From positions 1 through 56,296 of the forward strand of contig LWCA01000088.1 of the NCBI GenBank assembly GCA_001642005.1: a stretch of DNA of 56,296 nt, read 5' to 3'. Under the pieces are notes generated by a model, which had not been told where the DNA came from, made no database searches, and was given only the letters and a program-made list of their open reading frames with translations. Numbering within the stretch: the first letter of the stretch is position 1; each line of letters starts with the position of its first letter. Source of the stretch: Intoshia linei. Taxonomy: Eukaryota; Animalia; Orthonectida. This document shows positions 1 to 9,577 of this stretch, in pieces. Made by a program: the position numbers and the translations under genes.

Positions 1-129
1 AAAGTAGATACAAATTCTCCAAACATACAATTTTCATTCGTCACAACACTTAAACAAAATTTTGTATTGTTAAAATCACAATATACTGGTGAAATTGAAA
101 TCTAAAAAAACACTTATTAGTTTTTGTTG

Positions 130-640
130 TAGGTAATTGGCGCAATGATTACAAAGAATTGCAGAATCCTATTGACGCATACAAAACTCACAGAAAATTT
201 ATACAAAATCCTATCAACTTCATAAAATCTGGATGCATTTTAAATGCTCGATGGAATGAGACATTATATGCTATAAAAGCCTATATTATAAATATAGACA
301 GATCACCTAAAGTTTAAAAAGTTTGCGATTTTATCGCTGATATTTGGTCTCAATGTTGGTTCATCTGCAGATATCAAAGATTTGCAAATGGAATTCATTA
401 GAAGAAGAATTGTTATTAAATGTAACATTATTATTATTTATTTTAGTAACCTAATGTATTAAAATGCTTAATTAAGCATTGGATCCGTGAAAACTCTTTC
501 AGTAATAGACTTAACATTTCATATACCAATGAAATAGCAGAAAGAGCTTTGAAATGCATGGACGAATATTCGATCAGATGCAAATCGGATGAAAAATTGG
601 AACTAATTTATATACAAAAATTTAATAATTACAATTAACA
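130..640 (+). mobile_element. Degenerate Sola2-like transposase remnant (C-terminal part), apparently intron-containing
   Basis: Translates NWRNDYKEL...KSGCILNARWNETLYAIKAYI...KV*KVCDFIADIWSQCWF and later TNEIAERA. This resembles the RDDY..EL / PGAxHxARWM / NDxAER pattern I associate with Sola2-type transposases. One in-frame stop. Confidence 0.45.
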
Positions 641-820
641 TAGCTGTAAATTATTTTATTTACCAAGAATTCAATCTAATCAGAGGGGTACGAGGGTAAA
701 TAAAGTTATATGAGCTAAATTACTTTTTCATTTTTTTTAAAAATAAATTAAACTGTCCCGCCTGAGCAAAATACTGTTAAATAAAAAACTAAATATTGTA
801 TCATATTCTATACCATTTCA

Positions 821-965
821 CTATTGATATGATAACAATTACAACCGATGTGATAATAACTAAATTTAATGTGATAATATTTTGCAACCCAATAAAATAA
901 CCACAAGCAATGTGATAACAGCAATTATCAATGTGATTATTACTAAATTCAACGGGATAATCAAA
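821..965. repeat. Imperfect ~21-bp tandem array with core (a)tgtgata(a), probably subterminal repeats of a transposon
   Basis: Recurring atgataac/atgtgataat/atgtgataac/atgtgattat/gggataat spaced at roughly 20-40 nt. Confidence 0.5.
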
Positions 966-1749
966 TTATAAAGGGTTTCTGGTATATTTGACCAACAATT
1001 AAATTTTAATTAACGGGAAACGTAATATTGTTGAATCGCACTACCTATGATATATTTTTTTACGTTTAAAGTGTATATTTACAGTAAGCGTCACCTACAT
1101 GGCCTATGAAAAAAAAGTGTGTTGCAATTTAAATTTTAAATATGTATGTGTCTAATTAAGTTTATATCTAGCAAATGTATGTAGCGCAAATAATAATTTA
1201 TGAAAATTAATGTGTAATAGAAATAAAATGCGTCTTTAGCCAAAATTTTACTAAAAATTGCCTTTCAAAGCATAAATCCATTGATATAAAAATTACAATT
1301 TTCTATTTGTCACATTGTGAAAATTAAAATTATGTCATAATTATGATGAAAAAAAAAACAGAAATTAGTTGACCCCAATATTCAGACAGCACACCTTTTG
1401 AATAGTTGTAATAATTTATGTTCCGATACTTAAAATGAATACTTAAATTCTAAAGATAACCCGAATATAACTGTACATTGTACAAGACAATTGGAAAAGA
1501 TTCGATATTATGTCTGATATTAAACGACTCGACGTAACTATTATGATTAGAGAATTTTTGAGAGAGCGACAGCTGACAAAGACTAGAACTGTATCTAAAG
1601 ATATTTCAAATCTGTTAATCGAAAAGGAATATATCGTCTGCGATGAATCTGATGAATCTGATAATGATTTTAAAATTATCAACATTATCATAAATTTTAA
1701 TTTCAAAATATTATATCTTCACGGCCAAAACCACAAATTACTATTTTTT

Positions 1750-1995
1750 TAAAAAATGAAAAATGTACTAGATTTTAAACAATATAAATTGTGGGATAGT
1801 TTTTAAAATCATAAGCATTTAATCTTTTTAAACCCAATAGAAAACGTAATTAGTAAATGGAAAGAATCAGTTTGTAGTAATAGAAACACCACTGAGGCAC
1901 AACTTTTCGAAAGTATTCAAAATGGTTTTTTAACAATTACTCAAAGCGATTGTGATGACTATTGAAGAAACATAAAAGGTACATATGAAAATAGA
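1750..1995 (+). mobile_element. Tc1/IS630-type transposase C-terminal remnant
   Basis: FLNPIENVISKWK...EAQLFESIQNGFLTITQSDC matches the (SP)xLNPIE third catalytic motif. The frame is disrupted. Confidence 0.6.
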
Positions 1996-2736
1996 TTTTA
2001 TTAAAACAAATTACGGACTAAAATTGTAAATTAAATTATTTATTAAAGTTATTCTTCAATTCTAGTTTTTAGTTTACAATAAATGTATTTTTATAATATT
2101 TTACAATAAAGTGAGTAGCGTAATCGGGTGTATAACTCATAAAAATGAAGTTATAAATACATTTGGTAACGAGATAATTATATTAAGTACTAGCAGTAAT
2201 TTCAATGGTGTACTACTAGAAACTTATATATCAAACATTATATTTCATGTAGAAAATAAATTAACATAATATATTCATTCTAGAGTGAAGTGAGTTTAAC
2301 GATAGTTACTCTAAAGTTGCTCCATCGTTACTAAGTGCAAAAACTTTTCTGAAAAGTGTAAAAACAAATATAAATACCCTGTAATTTAATTACATTGATT
2401 TAATATAATGATAATGTGAAATGACATGTTCAGTAGAGCCTACTGTATATGACAATACGCATCATTTGGTAAAATTTTTTAGGTTTTTCATTTTCAGGTG
2501 GCCTGAAGCCTTGTAGGTACGCTCTGCTTGGGAATTTGGGACGGAATTATTATTTGTACAGCTTAAAAACCATATCACAAATTTAAAAACAAAATAAACA
2601 TTTCGTTACAAACCTTTTGTATACTACCATATATGTTTACAAACCAATATAAACGTCTATAGTTTCCATGGAGTGTTATTATTGTTTAGGCAGCATTGTC
2701 CAAAATAGAAATTTAAAATCAATATAAAATTTTATC

Positions 2737-5700
2737 ATGGATAGTTCATCTGTTGATAAAAGTAATACTCCGATATGAATCAATTTCACATTTACAATTA
2801 AATTTAGGTGCAATGTATGCAAAAAATCCTAGGTATATTAATATTTATAATTCATTATAACTTATTTTAGTTATACTCAACCTACCACCGCTTATATTCA
2901 ACCGGCCGGAGGCTACCAAGGAGCTCCGCAAGTAAATTTGTTTTTATTCATTCTTTATTTGTTTTATTTTATAAATTTCTAATTAATATTTGAAAAACTC
3001 CAAATATTTTTTATCCAGTCTGAAATCAAATTACAAAATATTGTATATCACAAATTAAAATATTTTAGGGCACATTTGTCACGCCAGGGGGCGGTTCTAA
3101 TAAATAAATAAAAACCGATAACCATTAAACTAATTTGATTGGATGCTGTCCATCCATCATATATGATAATTCATTCCGACAGTATATATTCTCTAAATAT
3201 GTTATAATCACAATCTCAATGATATGAGTATTGGAGATATGTTTTATAATAAATTATATTCAATTTAAACTTTTAAGATTACCATATATCTTTTTTAATT
3301 AAAATATATATATAATATATTTTTTTTTAATATAGGCAGCATATTATGCTCAATACACAGCGCCGACAGTTTCACAACCACAACAAGTGGGATATCAGAC
3401 AGGATATCAACCTCCATATATGGGAGCAACTGGTGCATATACTGGAGTTACAGCCGCATATACTGCTGGAGCTGCCCCATACACTGGAGCTGTTGCTGCA
3501 TATACTGGAGCAACTGCTGCGTATACTGGAGCACCAACCGCATATACGGGGGTTACACCAACAGTACCTCAGAATAGCACCGACAAGACAGCAAATTACA
3601 TGCAATATTATCAAACCGCACAGGCAGCGGCGCAGCCTCAACAGCAATACGCATCTGCGTATAACACATATCAGTCAAACGTTCAACCAGGTAATTTTAA
3701 AAACCTATTAATATTTACAAGCATTAGACGCTAAGGGTTAATGATAAAAACTTGAGTTTATATAAGCGTAACTGGTCTGATCAGATAATTAATCTCACTT
3801 TAATTTTACTTTATGTTGAAAAATTAATCCAAAAATATTTTTTTATAATTGGATGTGTAATTGTAAATTTAACCCTTTCACGGTCTGTATTCTATGATAT
3901 ACACAGCATAATTTTGAAAAACTTAATTCTTTTATTTTCATACATTTTCACATAGGTAATTTAAAAAAAAATACAAGTTTAAATTAAAACATAAATTCCA
4001 GACGTGTGGTGATGCATCATAAAATAGTATCAGACAGTGAAAGGGTTAACTTCAAATAAACTAAAATTGAAATGCGACTTATTATCTGATTAAACTAGCT
4101 TGAAAATTATTTATTTTTAGCTTATCAACCATATGGACAGGCTTACACCAATCAATATGCTGCAAGCTACCCAGTTCCTACTGCACCAGCTGGTGGAAGC
4201 CAACCAAAGTTTAGTAGGTTTGATAATTCTCAGACTGCCTATAATGGGGGTATTTTTTATTATTTATAAATATACATTAAGATATTAATTAAAAATTAGT
4301 AGTAGAAACTACTGTTAATATACTAATTTGATATTTGAAATTCAATTCTGAAGAGTATAGTATGGTATATGTTACCTCTTTATCGACTCATAATATAATC
4401 TACAAATTGATCTAGTTAAATTTTAAAATAGTAAATATAATGAAACTTGTATTCTTAGTGGGAATTTCTCACATCCACAAAATTTCGGTGTTTTGATTGT
4501 GAAAATACATGTTATATAATAGTCTATCACATTTTTATTTTTAAAATAGGTAATTTGTGATTTTTACTATGTAGATCTAAGTTTCTGGTGTTGAAATTTA
4601 CGAGAATATAAATGATTTTATAAAGCTTCCCGATTTGATGTTTTTTAAATTTTTAGGAATGTTTATTTTTAATTAAATGCTGACAGACATTCATTTTTAT
4701 ATAAGTAAAAACTTGTTGATTTTTTATTAATTCAATTATTTTAAATGTTGTTTAGCTGCTTATAACAGCCAAGGATCTCAGCGAGGAGCAGTTCCTAATG
4801 CAAACTATTGTATATAATTATATTATGTTATATAATTCAATTTAGATCAATCGGTGAGAACTCCATACAGCAAAGATAATTTAAGGTAATTTCACTTTTA
4901 ACATCGAATGGAAATGTTTGTTTTTATTAGTTTCTTATTGTGTAACTAGAGAAAATTATTTTACTGAAATTATTATTTTTAATAGAAATTTTATTATGTA
5001 TTTATGTGATAACTTTGTACAATTGGGGATTGATTATTTGGGGAGTGTAAAATATATTTAAATGTGTATTACTGCCATCAGTGACCCATAAATTTATTTG
5101 GTTTATATGATAAGTGTATGTATTGCGATTCATTGATGGAATTATCATTATGGTCCAAAGTGCCTTACATGGTACTGTATTCATAAGTATATCGATATGT
5201 ATAATTTACAAGTAAATGGTTATACTTGAGCATGCTAACTGGGTGGCGTTTTTCTATTTGATTGAAAATCAGTACTTGTCTTAGATGTATATTCCTCACA
5301 GCTGTATTTAAATTATTATAATTTGAAATATATTCAAGTTGTAATAAAAGTCACTACAATGTAAATTGGGCCGAAATTTCTTCTCTTTGTAAACTAAGCT
5401 GTTTTATACATGGTACAACTGTGTATTGTAGTTATAAAGCCAGACACGTTAAAAATTTTGTATAATTTGTTTTAATTATTTAAAACAATCTGTTAGCATT
5501 GAATGAGATGAAAATTTTCTAACCTTACAAACTTATCAAATGAATACATTAGTAATACATTTCTCACATACCTGATAAGGGAATTTTAAATATACGAATA
5601 TAATGCGTCAATTTTGACACAAACGATATTGTTGGTCATAGTTGTTATCATTTAATTGAAAATATATTTATTAATTTACTTTAATATTTACACAACCCAA

Positions 5701-8700
5701 CAACATGGTGTTGGTTTAAATCTCTATTGTATTATGTTGGTAGTACGAATCCTTGGTGTAAATAAATGTAATGTATGGAGTAAGTTGCAAATATACGCAT
5801 TATATTATATCTAATTTATGTTGATAAGTTCATTACTCGTTTATTATGTATTCCCAATTTAAAGTTAGTTTAATGAAAGTTTATGTGCAGTATCAACAAT
5901 ATAAGGATTATATAATCGATCATTATTACGATTGTAGTGTTGGAATGATACTCACTATGAATTGAATTGTGGTGTTTAACCTATGAATAGGATATGGGAG
6001 GTAGTGTAAATGTAGATCTGGTCATAATTATAAATTTCATTTTACGAAATGAAAATTATATCCCGTTTAAAGTGTTCATAATGTAGATTATGCTATGACG
6101 AGTTTCATATCGTTGATTTTATCATTTTACATTAAGGTGTCCCATAAAAAAATTATAGTTCTATGATATGAATACATATATGATAGATATACGAAGGTGT
6201 GAAGATAGCTTAGGCAGTTATGAAAAGCATAATATTTACTATGTTAATTTATTATAATCGTACACATTACTATTTTAGGGATATTGTGGTTTGATAGAGG
6301 TTTTCTTTTTAATAATGATATATTTATGTAACACGCGCTCTGCTATATAATTACAAGCCAGTGATTTATCTATATATTCAAGATTTTGATTGCAATATGT
6401 ATCATATCCTTTACATTTATCTTCAGATTCTGTAACCAAAGCGGTCATTCTGTCATTGTATTTTAAAATTTTTCCATTCTACCTTTTTTATTGTTCATGG
6501 CAGTATTATGGGTTGTAGCAGCATTAATCTAATTTTTATTTCAGAAACGGAATTTTTTTTGTCGTTGATTTTTTAGTAAATATATAGGAAAAATGTAAAT
6601 GGCGAAATTGTAAAACTGGCTATTTGCATAAAAAAGACAATATAATTAATTATGCTAGTGATATATACATCAGGTGTCTTGTTCTTTTAAAACTTGTTTA
6701 AAATTTTATGAATTATAATATGAATTTGTTTCAATTCTATCAAATTATAAAAAATTTTGTATTCTCATATATCAATAATATTTCGTTAAATACAAAATTT
6801 TATGATTAGTAATGTTAATTATATTTGGTTAATGGTTATCCATGGTTCTATCTAATAATACAATGGAAGGTACACGCAAAATATGAAATAACCACCAGTG
6901 TGAATGAATACTCCCGTTTTAAGGTTGAAACGAAAACTAGACGAACATTTGATTGTGATTACGGCTGATCACCTAAAACCGTCCCAGTGTCCCGGGGGCA
7001 CTCGTTAAAACTATTTTTCTTATCTTGTTATCAAATTGTTTGTAGTATATATTAATAAATTAAATTAACTATACACTTATCGAAAACATGATACTACTAA
7101 ATTTATTTAACACGTTTTAACGGAAGCTTCATTAAGTTATGCAAATTAAATTCTAAACTATTTGTCAGGTGTTTTAATTTCTCGTGAAATTCACTATACC
7201 ATTTCACTTTTACCCTTCAGCTAAAATGAATGCAAATTTGCATTCAAAATAAAAAACTTGCCGAAAATTCAGTTGAGCGACATAATCATCGATTTCACTA
7301 ATTTTCTTATATTGATTTTTTCAAATTTTGTGGTTTTTTTTCACCCAATTTTTAAAGATTATGAAGATAATTTTGGTGGCAAGATTTGGTAGGGTTTTTA
7401 AGGGAACATTTTAAAAATATTTTGACAGTAATTCAATTCACATGTAATTTATATCTAATCTTATTTGTAAAAACTATATCTAATTAAATAATGTATTATT
7501 ATTGTTTAAATTTGAAAATAAGTGATAATATTGTTTAACACTTTATCAACCCATTTTATGTCATATTGAAATGATTTATTAAATATGATCTTTTAACCGC
7601 CCATTATTTATTATTGAAAAATTCATGTTTTTTTAATTACATAATTGTGTATGTTGAACCCTAAAATTACAGGAAAACTCATGAACACTTGATATTGTGT
7701 CATTTGAACGTTATGGTATGATGTGTTTATTTTTCCGCTGAGTCCACTGATTGATAAACACTGACCAAAATTATCACGAATATAATGAATTCTTGTGGAA
7801 GTTTCGTCATGTAAGGAAACCAGTACATTTTCACAGCTAGATGACACATCTGAAAAATGTTTAAAAGCGCTGCCCTGAAGTTAACATTGTATATGAATAA
7901 TTTATTTGATTGGTCTACGTTATTGGATATATTGAAAAATATAGCGTTTTTTATTTTTATACACATTGAAGTATTTACTTTTTTCTTATATAATTAAAAT
8001 ATTATATTCTCTGGTTACACACAATTTAATATAGTCAAAACCTTTGACATTTACACATAGTGTTACCATTCAATTGATTTAGGGGTAATGATCGCCGAAA
8101 TTTTTCAAAAAATCAAGATGTGTCTCAATTTGGTATTATCAATGACTATTTACGTGTTTATTGTGTTGATGTGCTTTAAAATAACCCTATTGAATATAAT
8201 GTATCTGAGGTTGAAGTGTATATTTGCATTATGTTACACAATGCTTGTCTTCCATTTATATTCATTTAATTTAGGACGGAGTGCTCCAACAGTTAGAAAA
8301 ATAAATATACCGAACGCTGTAGAAATAACAGGATTACCATCAACCATAACTAAGGATAGTGTCAAAGACAAGATATCTAGTATTGTGGCGAATATAAAGG
8401 TTTTTTATAATGTTATTCACCCCATTTGAATTATAGTTGGACCCAATTACCGGAAATGATATGATTGATATAGAAAGAAACGATAAAGGTGAACCGACTG
8501 GAAAAGTTGTTGTTCACATGTCAGCTGGTAAAGATGTTGGAGAAATTATTATGTGGCTTAACGGTATTTTTAAATTTAATCTGATTAATTTAATTTCGTA
8601 GGAAAAGAAATGTGTGGAAAAATTGTCAAGGTAACTAATGCGCAGAAAGAAGAACCCATACCGAACAGTTCATACGCTCCCTCAAGTGATAGAAGACGTG

Positions 8701-9461
8701 ACAGTTCACGTGGTGGCAGCGGTAGTAGAGGCGGAAACAGAGACAGAGACCGTGGTGGGTCTCGAGGAAGAGAAAGCGGAGGAAGGTTTAGGGGTAGCAG
8801 TGGATCAAGACGGGGTGGTAGAAGTGGCGATAGTAGTAGAGATAGATCTAGTGGTGGAAATAACAAAGACCTTCGTCCTGGAGATTGGATATGCAGCAAT
8901 GAAAAGTGTTCAAATAACAATTTTTCTTGGAGAACAAATTGCAATAGATGTGGTCATGACAAGCCATCTGACGGTCAAGGCGCTTCTTCAGGTGATTCTC
9001 GTCCCAGTATGTTGTTTTTTTGAATATGATTAATTTTCTATTTAGGTGACAATTCAAGATTTAGTAGGGATAGACGTGGATCTGGTAGAGGAGGGTCTCG
9101 TGGTGATGGATTCAGAGGTAGCAGAGGAAGTGGACAAAGTAGTTTCAGAGGTGGAAGCGGAAGAGATTTTCGTAGTAGAGGTGGCAGCGGCAGTGATTTT
9201 CGTGGTAGGGGTAGCAGCGGTAGTGATTTTCGTGGTAGGGGTAGCAGCGGTAGTGATTTTCGTGGTAGAGGCGGAAGCAGTGGCGAATTTCGTGGCAGAG
9301 GCGGCAGCGGTAGTGATTTTCGTAGCAGAGGAAATTCAAATGGTGGTAGAGGATACGGTCGAGGACAAGACAGCTATCCTAGAACACCAAGACTAATGAA
9401 CCCCATTGGAAGAGGAGGACCAACAGTTATGCCTCCGCGATATCCTAATTCACAAACTTAG
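2737..9461 (+). CDS. FET-family RNA-binding protein (FUS/EWSR1/TAF15/cabeza homologue), 12 exons
   Basis: Exons 2737-2761, 2808-2832, 2871-2931, 3336-3690, 4121-4249, 4756-4809, 4846-4885, 8083-8132, 8275-8399, 8437-8563, 8602-9006 and 9046-9461 join in frame via GT-AG introns. Domains: Y/Q/A/G/T-rich N-terminal low-complexity region; FET-type RRM (IKLDPITGNDMIDI..KGEPTGKVVV..IMWLNGKEMCGKIVKV); RGG boxes; RanBP2 zinc finger (RPGDWICSNEKCSNNNFSWRTNCNRCGHDKP). Confidence 0.9.
3412..3558 (+). repeat. Seven 21-nt coding repeats (xxYTGxx heptads) in the FET low-complexity domain
   Basis: PPYMGAT GAYTGVT AAYTAGA APYTGAV AAYTGAT AAYTGAP TAYTGVT. Confidence 0.85.
3873..4045. mobile_element. piggyBac-like MITE in FET intron 4
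   Basis: TTAA on both sides (3869-3872, 4046-4049). 15-bp TIRs ccctttcacggtctg / cagacagtgaaaggg with 1 mismatch. Confidence 0.8.
9165..9332 (+). repeat. 30-nt coding tandem repeat (DFRGRGGSGS, ~5.5 copies) in the FET C-terminal RGG region
   Basis: gattttcgtggtaggggtagcagcggtagt and variants in tandem. Confidence 0.85.
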
Positions 9462-9577
9462 ATGTTTTAATTTGATTTGTAATAAATATTTTATTATATT
9501 TAAATTTATTGTTATTTTATTGTTACCGTTAATGGGCGCAATTTTGTTTTATTTTCAAACAGGTAATATTTTTTAAA

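Noticed and set aside
3346-3711. Overlapping ORFs 3346-3711 (+) and 3372-3647 (-)
   Set aside because: Shadow frames of the repetitive FET exon 4.
6272-6445. Candidate micro-exons at ~6279 and ~6427 bridging the FET phase change
   Set aside because: Exon 8083-8132 already fixes the phase with a plausible peptide. These have weak support, although they cannot be excluded as alternative exons.
6925-7005. Hammerhead ribozyme
   Set aside because: The core reads CTGATCA rather than CTGANGA, and no GAAA is correctly placed after a stem II.
7623-7966. Antisense ORFs in the FET long intron as a nested gene
   Set aside because: Short, no recognisable domain, and no consistent exon chain.
8585-9396. 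ORFs 8585-8944 (-), 8638-9033, 9046-9396 and 9145-9339 (-)
   Set aside because: Off-frame or antisense shadows of the RGG repeats.
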